This document shows positions 1 to 9,934 of a stretch of DNA of 64,000 bases, one piece after another. Made by a program: the position numbers and the translations under genes. The notes under the pieces were generated by a model. It ran no database searches and was not told the origin of the DNA. It saw nothing but the letters and a program-made list of their open reading frames with translations. This DNA comes from Candidatus Hydrogenedentota bacterium. Its GTDB lineage: Bacteria; Hydrogenedentota; Hydrogenedentia; Hydrogenedentales; SLHB01. Each line of letters starts with the position of its first letter. The first letter of the stretch is position 1. The stretch lies in contig CAVUWV010000014.1 of NCBI GenBank assembly GCA_963745075.1, positions 224,001 through 288,000 on the forward strand. Reading direction: 5' to 3'.

Positions 1-5
1 GGAGC

Positions 6-272
6 GTGAAGGCGACGGCTGAATCCCACACAACCGAGGGATTGACGGCTATTGTGCGGCGCCACAAATCGTGGACACCCGGTCCGCCAATTAAGTCCAA
101 CACACGCTTTCACGATCGCCGCACGCTCGCTGTGTTTGACGACGGCCGCGAGGTGCTGCTGTTTTCCAATACGTGGCTTCCCACAGGCCGGCACCTTGGC
201 CGGCGGATCGCACTACAGTTGGGAGTCGAGTACAGAACGGAAGAATACGGCGTAGAGGAGAGGTTTCCCTGA
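6..272 (+). CDS. hypothetical protein, probably the C-terminal part of a gene starting before the window
   Basis: Frame is open to the window edge and ends convergent to araD; no recognisable motif. Confidence 0.35.
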   Translation: MKATAESHTTEGLTAIVRRHKSWTPGPPIKSNTRFHDRRTLAVFDDGREVLLFSNTWLPTGRHLGRRIALQLGVEYRTEEYGVEERFP

Positions 273-302
273 ATGTTGTCGGGAATCTCGGGCCGGGCGC
301 GC

Positions 303-992
303 CTATTGTTGCCCGTAGTAGGCCCCGCCGCCGTGCTTGCGCAGGAAGTGTTTGTCGAGAAGGTACTGCGGAATGCCATTCTGCCCGGTTGACAATGCGA
401 GCGTGTGGAGCGCCATGCGCGCGACTTCTTCGAGTACATAAGCGGTCTCGACCGCTGTTGCCGGATCCTTTCCCCAAACAAAAGGCGCGTGGTTGGCGAC
501 GAGCACTGCGGGGCAGGCCATGGGATCGCGGTCCCGAAAGCAGCGAATAATGACATCGCCGATGTGGGCTTCGTAGTCCGTGCCGACTTCTTCCGCCGTC
601 ATCGCGTCGGTAACGGGGACTTCGCCATGGAAATAATCCGCGTGCGTGGTGCCGAAACAGGGGATGGGTCGGCAGGCCTGCGCCCAGCAGGTCGCAAAGT
701 GGGAGTGCGTGTGCACGATACCGCCGATTTCCGGGAAAGCCCGGTATAAGGCCAAGTGCGTCGGCGTATCCACGGATGGTTTGAACTTGCCCTCGACCTG
801 CTTGCCGTCGAGATCGACAACCGCCATGTCCTGGGGTGTCATCGCGTCATATGCGACGCCGCTGGGTTTGATGACGACGCGGCCGCTGTCGCGGTCGATG
901 CCGCTCGCGTTGCCCCACGTCATCAGCACCAACCCCTGGCGCACGAGGTCGCGGTTCGCAGTGAGTACGTCGGCTTTCAGTCGATCGAGCAT
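303..992 (-). CDS. araD: L-ribulose-5-phosphate 4-epimerase (class II aldolase family)
   Basis: TWGNASG, IKPSGV, GGIVHTHS, GTTHADYF, LVANH and C-terminal KHFLRKHG..AYYGQ motifs. Confidence 0.93.
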   Translation of the reverse strand: MLDRLKADVLTANRDLVRQGLVLMTWGNASGIDRDSGRVVIKPSGVAYDAMTPQDMAVVDLDGKQVEGKFKPSVDTPTHLALYRAFPEIGGIVHTHSHFATCWAQACRPIPCFGTTHADYFHGEVPVTDAMTAEEVGTDYEAHIGDVIIRCFRDRDPMACPAVLVANHAPFVWGKDPATAVETAYVLEEVARMALHTLALSTGQNGIPQYLLDKHFLRKHGGGAYYGQQ

Positions 993-1005
993 GGCAGAGA
1001 GTGGT

Positions 1006-1071
1006 TGTAGCGCAGGCGTCCGCCTGCATCTCTGGAATTGCAGTCACGCTTCCCGGTGTGACTGCGCTACA
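1006..1071. repeat. GTAG-type REP-like palindrome doublet
   Basis: tgtagcgcaggcgtccgcctgcatct paired with ...gactgcgctaca; same family at 39979 and 61420. Confidence 0.65.
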
Positions 1072-1099
1072 TGCGACAAATACGTTGTTGGAACCATCA

Positions 1100-2080
1100 T
1101 TACGCGACACAGGCGGTGTCTCCAACCTCGTCGACGTACCGTTCGAGGCGCGCGATGGCGGGCTCCATTTCGAGGAACGTCATGAGTTCCTGGCGCAGCT
1201 TCGACACATTCGGCTGGCCCTTGAGATAGCCCGAATAGTACTTACGAAATTCGAGCACACCTTTCCGCTCGCCCTTGTGCTCCACGCTGTGGCGCAGGTG
1301 CTTCACACAGGTCGCAACCCGCTCGGCGAGGGTGGGCGGCGGCAGGTGCTCGCCGGTGGCGAGGTAGTGCTTGGTCTGATTAAAAATCCACGGATTCTGA
1401 ATCGCGCCGCGGCCAATCATGACGCCGTCGCAGCCCGTCTCGAACATACGTTTTACATCTTCGGGCGTCGTGAGATCACCGTTGCCGATGATGGGAATTG
1501 AAACCGCACCCTTCAGCTTTTCCAGCCACGACCAGTCCGCGTCTCCCTGGTGTCCCTGATCGCGGGTGCGGCAATGGAGGGCCAAGGCCTTCACGCCGAT
1601 CTGTTCGAGCATGCGGGCCACGTCGAGGATAACGATGCTGTTGGCGTCCCATCCCAGGCGAGTTTTCACGGTCACGGGCAGCGAGGTGCCGCTGATGACA
1701 GATTTCACGATGGCTTCGAACTTCTGGATGTCTTTCAGCAACCCCGCGCCCGCCTCTCGCAACGCGACTTTCTTGACCCAGCACCCGCAGTTGATGTCGA
1801 TAAAATCGGGCTTGGCCTGTTCTGCCACCGCGGCTGCGCCTTCCATGGACGTTTCCACGCCGCCGAAAATCTGGACCGCCACCGGACGCTCCTCTTCCAC
1901 GACGCGGATCTTCTGGAGGGAACGCCGCGCGTCCCTAATCAACCCTTCACTGCTCGTGAACTCCGTGTACAGGAGGTCCGCGCCCAGTTCTTTGCAGATA
2001 AGACGGAACGGGATGTCCGTCACGTCCTCCATGGGCGCGAGCGCGAGGGGATTGTCGATATCAATGTGACCGATACGCAT
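1100..2080 (-). CDS. dusB: tRNA-dihydrouridine synthase DusB
   Basis: LAPMEDVTD, IDINCGC, PVTVKTRLGWD, IIGNGD, GVMIGRGA; start taken at MRIGHI (2080). Confidence 0.9.
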   Translation of the reverse strand: MRIGHIDIDNPLALAPMEDVTDIPFRLICKELGADLLYTEFTSSEGLIRDARRSLQKIRVVEEERPVAVQIFGGVETSMEGAAAVAEQAKPDFIDINCGCWVKKVALREAGAGLLKDIQKFEAIVKSVISGTSLPVTVKTRLGWDANSIVILDVARMLEQIGVKALALHCRTRDQGHQGDADWSWLEKLKGAVSIPIIGNGDLTTPEDVKRMFETGCDGVMIGRGAIQNPWIFNQTKHYLATGEHLPPPTLAERVATCVKHLRHSVEHKGERKGVLEFRKYYSGYLKGQPNVSKLRQELMTFLEMEPAIARLERYVDEVGDTACVA

Positions 2081-2176
2081 GGGCTGTTTCCGATGATTGC
2101 CGTACGCTGGTATTTTCGCAGATTTGAGGCGATATGCGCAAAGCCGCGGTGTTGGCACGTCTTTGCGATGCGCAAT

Positions 2177-3244
2177 CTACTTCGTTCGTAGCACAAGACT
2201 CCCCGGCACGGTGTTCCAAGCATCGTTGTGGCCCGTGCCGGTAAAGACGAAGGTGAATTGGAGCGCGTCCTCAGAGAACCATTTTGGCGCGAAGGTCCAG
2301 AAGAAGGTGGTGCCGAAGTCGCCCCAGTTCTCGTAGTACGCGACCGTCGTCCATGGGCCCCACGGTTCCGGCGCGTCGAAGATCCCCAAGTTACCGGCAT
2401 CAGCCTTAGCGTGCGGCGTGCAGAGCAGATAGCGCCCGAGAGTCGGTTGATAGATGACGCTGGTCAAGCGCGTGCCGTTTGGGTCTTCGAATACCGCATT
2501 TCGCGCCATGGGGTCCGGCGTCCAGATGGGTTGACCGGATGCGTCCAGTCCTGCAAAGAACGTGTACGCTTCCCTTTCGAGAATCCGCTCCTTCGGCACC
2601 CGCATCAGATCGACCATCCCGGGGATTTGCAGCCTGTCCCGGTCTTTCTGAATCCGCGTCGCGAAGACGTAGATGTGGCCATCCCGCGCGGCGCCGTTGT
2701 CCTGGCCGAATTGACAGAACGCCGGCATCAAGAATTGGTCTTTCCTCGTGAACGCCCAATCCACTTGCGTCCAGTGGTGTCCGTGATCCCTTGACGTTGC
2801 CAACCGGGTTTCGGCGTAATTCTCGAAACCTGAGCCGGGGGATAACCACATGTACAAGACACCGTCAACGCAGATTATACCGTAGCTCTTCCCGGCGAAT
2901 TGGGCAGCGGCCTCCGCGTCTTTCCCGCCCCAGACGTTGTGTCCGGAATAGTCGGCACCCATCCCTTCGATACGAGCAACACCCAGACTGACGCGTCCGT
3001 CCTCGTTCGTGCCGCCGAACCCACCGCCGTCGCCCCAAACGGAGTATTGGTTCCCATCGTCGGCCCACGTCATAGGCCAGTTGTCGCTGCCCGGCGCACG
3101 CCGGTCCCGTGCAGAAAAGTCGAAGGTCACCTTCGCGATAAATGGACTCGGCGGGTAGGGAGGTGTCTTCGCGTCGGCCCGCGCATGCAACGAAGCCGCG
3201 ACCGCGACAACGCCAATTGACACCGTTTGGAAAAGCGATTTCAT
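2177..3244 (-). CDS. secreted DUF4185-like (beta-propeller, glycosidase-like) protein
   Basis: Signal peptide; GSDNWPMTWADDG, WGDGGGFGG, SRDHGHHW Asp-box, DAPEPWGPW. Confidence 0.6.
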   Translation of the reverse strand: MKSLFQTVSIGVVAVAASLHARADAKTPPYPPSPFIAKVTFDFSARDRRAPGSDNWPMTWADDGNQYSVWGDGGGFGGTNEDGRVSLGVARIEGMGADYSGHNVWGGKDAEAAAQFAGKSYGIICVDGVLYMWLSPGSGFENYAETRLATSRDHGHHWTQVDWAFTRKDQFLMPAFCQFGQDNGAARDGHIYVFATRIQKDRDRLQIPGMVDLMRVPKERILEREAYTFFAGLDASGQPIWTPDPMARNAVFEDPNGTRLTSVIYQPTLGRYLLCTPHAKADAGNLGIFDAPEPWGPWTTVAYYENWGDFGTTFFWTFAPKWFSEDALQFTFVFTGTGHNDAWNTVPGSLVLRTK

Positions 3245-3351
3245 CGTTGCCCCTATGTCAGGCCCATGTTAGGATACTGGCTGTTTCGCGGGGCAGGTGC
3301 CGCCCCGTTGAGGCTGCACTTTAGCACACACGTACACTTTGGAGATCACCC

Positions 3352-4476
3352 ATGCCGCGTCTGAATATTCTGGCCGTGTCCGTTTTGTCCATTGCTTTCC
3401 TCGTGTTTATCAGTGGCTGCGCCACGACAGACCCGAACCAGCCGACTTCGCTGCAAACGGCCAAGAAACCCGCATGGGCCGCCGAGGCCACGCCGGAAGA
3501 GATGATCGTGTCCGTATCACCGGCGGGAAAGACCTTGCGCGTTGCAGGGTCCGCCGGGCTTCTCCTCGGCACCGGTGCGGACGCCGTCGTTAACGCCAAA
3601 TATCGCGCCCCCATTCGCGCGGCCCTCGAAGGGTACAATCCCGCCGAAGTCTTCGCCGGAATCATCGAACAACGCCTGGAAGCGGACATGAATAAAGACA
3701 TCGAACGTGTTGCGCCGCTGGGTAGCACGGCCGGGATGAATTCCCGCCAGGATGCTGTCGAAGCGCGATATCAGACCTTGGGAAAGAATGGCTACGACGT
3801 ATTGTTGGATTTGGTCATGACCTACGGCATCTACGGCGCCGAAGGCACGCTCGCAACCAAACTGGCCGGCCGGCTTGTCACGATCCCCGATGGCAAAGTC
3901 TTGTGGGACGACACGCTCATTGTGACCAACGAGCCGGTATTGGCCAATGCGAAGCTCGGCAATCCGACGAAGCGCGGTGGGATCAACATTACCAATCCCG
4001 ACTTCACGGTCGACGAAGCGGAAGTCAACCGATGGACCGCGGACGGCGGCGCCATCCTTAAACAGCGATTCGAGATGGCGGCGCAGGATGCCACTTCGGC
4101 GTTGCTGTGTGCGCTGGGCCTGGAGGAGAACGCGGCGGGCGAATACGCCCTCGGCGAACTCGCCATGAACCGCAAGGATTTCAAAGAGGCGGCGGGCCAT
4201 CTGGAAAAAGCAGGGCAACTCGATCCCGACAACCCGAACATCAAGAACACATTCGCGGTCAATCTCGCCCACAACAACCAGGTGGAAGCCGCGATTCAAA
4301 TTGCAAAGGAAATTACTGGAATCCATCCCAACTTCGGCCCCGCATGGTTCAACCTTGCCTGGTGGTACGCCGTCGAGAAGAACGATCCCGACATGGCCGC
4401 ACCCTACTACGACAAAGCCAAGTCCCTCGGCATGCCCGCCGACAAGAAGATCGACAAGAAGATTCGGAAGGGTTAA
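3352..4476 (+). CDS. lipoprotein with C-terminal TPR repeats
   Basis: Lipobox ISGC; TPR-like helices (GEYALGELAM...LDPDNP; AWFNLAWWY); RBS ggag. Confidence 0.7.
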   Translation: MPRLNILAVSVLSIAFLVFISGCATTDPNQPTSLQTAKKPAWAAEATPEEMIVSVSPAGKTLRVAGSAGLLLGTGADAVVNAKYRAPIRAALEGYNPAEVFAGIIEQRLEADMNKDIERVAPLGSTAGMNSRQDAVEARYQTLGKNGYDVLLDLVMTYGIYGAEGTLATKLAGRLVTIPDGKVLWDDTLIVTNEPVLANAKLGNPTKRGGINITNPDFTVDEAEVNRWTADGGAILKQRFEMAAQDATSALLCALGLEENAAGEYALGELAMNRKDFKEAAGHLEKAGQLDPDNPNIKNTFAVNLAHNNQVEAAIQIAKEITGIHPNFGPAWFNLAWWYAVEKNDPDMAAPYYDKAKSLGMPADKKIDKKIRKG

Positions 4477-4577
4477 GTCCGTACCCGCGTGGCCGCCGAC
4501 CGTACGACTCCCAGGGTATCGCGACGGACTGAGTATCAGTTCGTTTTCAACGGCTCGTTCTGCTGGAGTTTCCCGGA

Positions 4578-4604
4578 TGCCGCGCTCGCCGAGCGCGGCA
4601 GTAC
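4578..4604. repeat. REP-like palindrome or terminator between convergent genes
   Basis: tgccgcgctc-gcc-gagcgcggca followed by gtac. Confidence 0.45.
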
Positions 4605-4637
4605 GAGGCGGCAATTTGCATCCTGTACATGCCGACG

Positions 4638-6929
4638 TCAGATCCGCCACTTGCGCCGGTGCCGGAAACGCTGGATCGCGCCCGGGATGAGTGTGATTAG
4701 ACCCAATAACAGCACCGCTGCCGAGATCCCCGTCGCGTACAGACCGTACCGAAACGACAACGGGTCGTAGGTGAAGACCACTTCTTTGCTTCCCGCCGGT
4801 ATTTCCACACCGCGAAACATGAGGTCGACCGGAAACACATCGGCAAGTTTACCGTCCACCGCGGCGGTCCAGCCGGGATACCACGAATCCGCCAGAATCA
4901 ACACCCCCTGCCGGTCCGTCGAGACATCCACCACGACGCGCGTGTTCGAATCCGCCGGGCGCACGGTGGCCCATCCCGAGCCATCTTCGCCACTGTTTGG
5001 AGGAATTCCCCGTTCCATGAGCGGCGGATTGTCGGCAGCCACTTCACCGGGTTCGTACGATTCCGTAGGCCGGCCGTTGTAAGCGATCCGTGCGCGCGAA
5101 CGCGATTCGGAATCGAAGAACAGCACGGCTCCCGTGTGAAAGACGTGCTCGACGTGGAGTATGGGACGAATCGAGGCGAACTTGCCCTGAATATCGTCGC
5201 TGGTTAACAGCAACATCGGCGTTCCCATGCGGCGCATTAAGAGCGGATCGTCGTCGACACGTTCTTGAAAGTCCGCCTGCCGTTTCATCGTCACTCCTGA
5301 CGCCCCATAGACCTGAGGCACCAGGTTCGCCTCTAACGGCCATTTCGCCAGCGCGTCGGTGCCGCTGACCCGATCGCCGGATTTTCGCAGCAACTCGATG
5401 AAGTCCGTGTTGGGATAAAGACGGTCCCGTGGAGAGAACGGTATGCCTGCGCCGAACGTTGCCAAGGCGTCAATCACCGCCATGATGCACAGCGCGTATC
5501 CAATCAGCCGTGGCGACGGCTTCAAGATCGACACTCCATATACCACCATTACCGCGACAAACAGACATGCGGGAACGATTGCACGCAACACCGGGGGCGT
5601 TGACACTCCGGATTGCAGAATCCCCAGGACCACGCCAATCCCGAGCACTATCAACGCCAGGGGTCCGATGATCAGTAAGCGTTTCAGAGTGTCCTGGCAG
5701 TCGTCGGCATTGAGATGGATCCATTCCTCGGACGTGGCTGCGGCGCTCAAGGTCAGGATGAATGCGTTCGCCGCCAGATAATGTTGGGGGCCGATCAGGT
5801 TCACGTACGGAATGAGGCTCAACACCGGACCCCAGAGCAGCGCGAGGATCGTCAAGAACAACGACGGGAAGAGCAGGGCTTCGATGCGGATCCGTTGCCG
5901 CGCGTTGGCGAAAGGCCGCATGGCGAACCAGACCGGGAGCAGGACGATCTGGACGATTCCCACGTGCAACAATCCCACCGTCTGCAGCGCGCTGTCACCT
6001 CCCCGCAGTGAATGTGCGAAGGTCGCCCGCAAGGGGAGCAGAACGATCAACGATAAGTCCCATAGACCGATGGCGGCGGTGCCCGTATGCAATCCCAACG
6101 TGCGCGCTTCCCGCACGAACTCGACGTAGGGCAGCAGTTGGACCGCGCTCAGAAGGATACCGGCGGCTCCGGTGACCGCGAGCATGAGCACGGGCGCCAC
6201 CGACTGTTTTGCCCCGCGCTGGTCAAGCTTACACCGGGTCAACAGAATCAGAATTGCCAAGACGAAGAAGACCAGCACCAATTGCGGGTCCCCACCGAGC
6301 AGCATCAGCCCGAATACCACAGACCCGGAGAGCCAGGCGCGATACTGGCCCAGCGCCAGTCGTTCGCAGACGAGTATCAGCAGCGGCAACCACGGCAATA
6401 CGTCGGAGAAGGGATATCCCCACCAGAGGATCAGTCCCGGGCTGAGCTGGGAAGCGATTCCCACGAAGAGAGCCATCTGCCGGTGAAACCCGAGCCTCCG
6501 CGCCGCGTAGAAGGCGCACAGGCCCGCAACCAGCAGCTTCAGGTAGACCGACCACGTCAACGCAGTGCCCGGCGCGCCCAAGTAGAAGGGAATGGAGAAC
6601 GGCGAGAGGCATCGCGTCTGCCATAGTGCAAGAAACGGCATCCCCGTATTCTCGTAGGGATTCCAGAGTGCCTCGCGAGGACTTCCCGCTTTGCTGAGGA
6701 ACACGTACCACGGGTAGTAACGCTGCGCCATCAGATTGGATTCGGGGGGGGCCGGCGTTGCGAGATTCGCCGGCCGCGCCGCTTCCCACGGAGGATATGC
6801 GAAGATCGTATCCGTGGACAGCGGTACCTCACCGCGCGTGATGCTGGGGAGCAACACCGCCAGCGGCAAGACCACAAGGATCGCCACACACGAGGTGTAC
6901 TCGAGTATCCGTCGTATGCGTGGACGCAA
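4638..6929 (-). CDS. YfhO family (GT-C fold) membrane protein
   Basis: LWNPYENTGMPF, many TM helices, C-terminal LILADSWYPGWTAAVDG...FRGVEIPAG..EVVFTYDP. Confidence 0.85.
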   Translation of the reverse strand: MRPRIRRILEYTSCVAILVVLPLAVLLPSITRGEVPLSTDTIFAYPPWEAARPANLATPAPPESNLMAQRYYPWYVFLSKAGSPREALWNPYENTGMPFLALWQTRCLSPFSIPFYLGAPGTALTWSVYLKLLVAGLCAFYAARRLGFHRQMALFVGIASQLSPGLILWWGYPFSDVLPWLPLLILVCERLALGQYRAWLSGSVVFGLMLLGGDPQLVLVFFVLAILILLTRCKLDQRGAKQSVAPVLMLAVTGAAGILLSAVQLLPYVEFVREARTLGLHTGTAAIGLWDLSLIVLLPLRATFAHSLRGGDSALQTVGLLHVGIVQIVLLPVWFAMRPFANARQRIRIEALLFPSLFLTILALLWGPVLSLIPYVNLIGPQHYLAANAFILTLSAAATSEEWIHLNADDCQDTLKRLLIIGPLALIVLGIGVVLGILQSGVSTPPVLRAIVPACLFVAVMVVYGVSILKPSPRLIGYALCIMAVIDALATFGAGIPFSPRDRLYPNTDFIELLRKSGDRVSGTDALAKWPLEANLVPQVYGASGVTMKRQADFQERVDDDPLLMRRMGTPMLLLTSDDIQGKFASIRPILHVEHVFHTGAVLFFDSESRSRARIAYNGRPTESYEPGEVAADNPPLMERGIPPNSGEDGSGWATVRPADSNTRVVVDVSTDRQGVLILADSWYPGWTAAVDGKLADVFPVDLMFRGVEIPAGSKEVVFTYDPLSFRYGLYATGISAAVLLLGLITLIPGAIQRFRHRRKWRI

Positions 6930-6968
6930 TACGAAATCCCCGCTGGTTCTTTCGCCCGTTCGCCTGGA

Positions 6969-8363
6969 TTACGTGCGCTTCTTCGGCGGCGTGTGAATAC
7001 CCATGCCGAAGTAGTCTTCGGCAGCCTCCATCACGGCCTCGGCCAAGGTCGGGTGCGTATGTATCGTATGAGCGATCTCGGCCACCGTCGCTTCCATCTT
7101 CATGGCGACCGCGGCCGACGCGATCAACTCGCCCGCCTCGTGCCCCATGATATGGACGCCCAATACCTCGTCCGTCTTTGCGTCGCCCACGATCTTCACC
7201 ATGCCGTCCGTCTCACCAATGGCATGGGCTCGGCCAATGGCCATAAACGGGAAGCGACCCACCTTGATTTCAACACCGGTGGCCTTCGCCTGCTCTTCCG
7301 TCAATCCGACCCGCGCCACTTCGGGCGTCGTAAACGTGCACGCGGGCACCACGTGATAGTTCATCTTCGCGTCACCGCCCGTGGCGTTTTCCGCCGCCAC
7401 CAGGCCTTCCGCCGAACCGCCGTGTGCGAGCATGGTCTTCGCGGTCACGTCGCCAATGGCGTAGATCCCCTTCACATTCGTTTCCATGCGTTCATCCACC
7501 AGGATCTCGCCGCGTTGACCGACCTTCACGCCAAGCGACGCCGTCTTGGTGACTACGTCAGAATGAAATTTCCTTCCGATTCCGACCAGCACCAAATCCA
7601 CATCGATCGGGTCGGTCTTCTTGCCCTCGAACTCGACATGCACACCCTTTTTTGAAACATCGAGCTTGTTAACTTTCGTCTCGGTGCGCACATCGATCTT
7701 GCGCTTTTTGAAAATCTTCTCCAACCCCTGGGTCAATTCCGCGTCGTCCAGCGGCAACACCCGGGGCAGCATCTCCACGAGCGTAACCTCGACACCGAAG
7801 CCGTTCCACATGCTGGCGAATTCGGCCCCAATCGCGCCCGCGCCTATCACGAGGGCCCGCTTCGGCAGCTTATCGAGGTCCAAGGCTTCCGTGCTCGATA
7901 GGACGCGCTTGCCGTCGATCTCCATCCCCGGAATCTGTGCCGGCGAACTCCCCGTCGCCACGATGATCGCACGGGCCTTGACGGTCTCGTCACCGACGTG
8001 AATGGTTCCCGGCGCCGTGATCTGAGCCTCGCCCGCGATCACTTCAATCCCATTTGTCTTGAACAAGTTGCGAATTCCGGCCTTGTTCTTCTTGACGATG
8101 TCGTTTTTGCGCGCCACCAAGGCATTCAAATCGAGGCCGATATCCTTTACTTTCAGACCCAGGTCCGCCGCGTGCTGCATCTTGCGATACATGTCGGCGG
8201 TGTGAATCATCGTCTTGGTGGGAATGCAACCCCAGTTCAGACACACGCCCCCAAGCTCTTCCCGCTCGAGGACCAACACGTTGGCGCCCCGTTGCGCCGC
8301 CCGAATTGCGGCCACATACCCGCCAGGTCCGCTTCCGATAACTGCTACTTCACACTCCCGCAT
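6969..8363 (-). CDS. lpdA: dihydrolipoyl dehydrogenase (E3)
   Basis: GSGPGGY, GGVCLNWGCIPTK redox motif, GAGAIG, HTHPTLAE. Confidence 0.95.
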   Translation of the reverse strand: MRECEVAVIGSGPGGYVAAIRAAQRGANVLVLEREELGGVCLNWGCIPTKTMIHTADMYRKMQHAADLGLKVKDIGLDLNALVARKNDIVKKNKAGIRNLFKTNGIEVIAGEAQITAPGTIHVGDETVKARAIIVATGSSPAQIPGMEIDGKRVLSSTEALDLDKLPKRALVIGAGAIGAEFASMWNGFGVEVTLVEMLPRVLPLDDAELTQGLEKIFKKRKIDVRTETKVNKLDVSKKGVHVEFEGKKTDPIDVDLVLVGIGRKFHSDVVTKTASLGVKVGQRGEILVDERMETNVKGIYAIGDVTAKTMLAHGGSAEGLVAAENATGGDAKMNYHVVPACTFTTPEVARVGLTEEQAKATGVEIKVGRFPFMAIGRAHAIGETDGMVKIVGDAKTDEVLGVHIMGHEAGELIASAAVAMKMEATVAEIAHTIHTHPTLAEAVMEAAEDYFGMGIHTPPKKRT

Positions 8364-8418
8364 GTACTTCTCCGAACTGTCTGTGAGCAAATAGCCCGCC
8401 CAAAACGAAGCAAAGATT

Positions 8419-8576
8419 ACATCCCCCTTGATCCCCCTTCAAAGGGGAAACTCTCGCAACGCTTTGCGTTGCGTCAGGAACGGCGGCGCCTTGCAAATCA
8501 CGCTCTCTGTAAGAGATGGATCATATAGTCGAAGTCGAGCAAAATTCCCCCTTTGAAGGGGGACAAAGGGGGATGT
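8419..8576. mobile_element. MITE/REP-like element with ~30-bp terminal inverted repeats, copy 1
   Basis: acatcccccttgatcccccttcaaagggg ... ccccctttgaagggggacaaagggggatgt; internal gcaacgctttgcgttgc shared with the copy at 62449. Confidence 0.75.
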
Positions 8577-8621
8577 CGCCTTCCGCCGTATTCTATACGC
8601 GCATCCCTCGTGGACTCGTAC

Positions 8622-9926
8622 TCAGAACCGCGCCGATTCCAGCACTTCCTTTAGCGTACCCATGAACTGGGCCGCCAACGCGCCGTCGATCACGCGGTGA
8701 TCGCTGGAAAGGGTCAACTTCATGATGGGCCGGACGTGGATACCGCCGTCGACGACAACGGGGCGATCCTTGATTTGCCCGACCGCCAGAATGGCGCTGT
8801 CCGGTTGGTTGATGATCGCCGTGAACTGGTCCACGCCGAAACCGCCTAGATTGGAAATGGTAAACGTGCTGCCCGCGTACTCGTCGGGGAGGAGTTTCCC
8901 GCTGCGTGCTTTCTCGGTGAGCGCCTTGCATGATCTCGACAGGTCATCCAGCGAAAGCCGCTGCACGTCCCGCACGACCGGGACCACGAGCCCTGTCGGC
9001 AGCGCCACGGCGAACCCGAGATTGATTTCGCCGACCTCTTCGACCGCATCTTCGAACCACCGCGCGTTCACCTGCGGCCATTGCAGCAACGCCAGCGCGG
9101 TCCCACGCATGACCAAGTCGTTGTAGGAAAGCTTCGTCGGGTATTCCGATCGAAACTTCGCCGCCGCGGCCATGTCGACTTCGACGGTGACGTAATAGTG
9201 CGGCGCGCTGAACTTGCTCTCGCTCATCCGCTTCGCGATGATCCGGCGCATGGGGGAGAGGGGAACCCGTTTCGTTGCGCCCGCCGCCCGCGCGGGTGTT
9301 GCGCCCTCGATGTCTTCCTTCGTGATCTTACCGCCGGGGCCGCTGCCCGTGACGCGGGAGATATCGATGCCCTTGATTTCAGCCAGCCGTTTCGCCGTGG
9401 GCGTTATCTTGATGTTCGCGATGGACGCAGCATACGTCTCGACGTCGCCCTCCATGATCCGGCCGCCCACACCGGTTCCGGTTGCGAGCCGGGGATCGAC
9501 GTGCAAGGTCTCTGCACGACGCCGCGCCCGAGGGGAAACCGGGGATTCGGATACGGAAGCGGGCGCGACAACAGCGACAGACGTAGCCGCCGCCGGTTCG
9601 GCTGCGGACGCGGGCGCCTCTTCTACCGGGGCTTCCGGCACAGATTCCGGAGCACCAACCTTGTATTGGTCCAGGTCCGGGAGGGGCTCGTTGGACTCGC
9701 CCACCAGCGCGATGACGGTCATGACGGGGACCGTCACGTCTGGTTCCACCAATATTTTTCGCACCACGCCGGCGGCGGGCGATTCAAATTCGATTTCGGC
9801 CTTGTCAGTCTGAATGGACGCAAACGGCTCGCCCCGTTCGATCGCGTCGCCCTCCGATTTCAGCCACTGGACGATCGAGGCCTCTTCGACAGACTGCCCC
9901 AACTGGGGAAGTTTCACTTCTTGCAT
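8622..9926 (-). CDS. dihydrolipoamide acyltransferase (E2) of a 2-oxoacid dehydrogenase complex
   Basis: Lipoyl domain QTDKAE, two E3-binding domains (GTGVGGRI, GSGPGGKITKED), catalytic DHRVIDG. Confidence 0.92.
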   Translation of the reverse strand: MQEVKLPQLGQSVEEASIVQWLKSEGDAIERGEPFASIQTDKAEIEFESPAAGVVRKILVEPDVTVPVMTVIALVGESNEPLPDLDQYKVGAPESVPEAPVEEAPASAAEPAAATSVAVVAPASVSESPVSPRARRRAETLHVDPRLATGTGVGGRIMEGDVETYAASIANIKITPTAKRLAEIKGIDISRVTGSGPGGKITKEDIEGATPARAAGATKRVPLSPMRRIIAKRMSESKFSAPHYYVTVEVDMAAAAKFRSEYPTKLSYNDLVMRGTALALLQWPQVNARWFEDAVEEVGEINLGFAVALPTGLVVPVVRDVQRLSLDDLSRSCKALTEKARSGKLLPDEYAGSTFTISNLGGFGVDQFTAIINQPDSAILAVGQIKDRPVVVDGGIHVRPIMKLTLSSDHRVIDGALAAQFMGTLKEVLESARF

Positions 9927-9934
9927 AACGGTTC

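Noticed and set aside
3517..4650. Long antisense ORFs (also 12032-13150, 20157-21146, 40361-41416, 45251-46546)
   Set aside because: Shadow frames of well-supported genes, typical of GC-rich DNA
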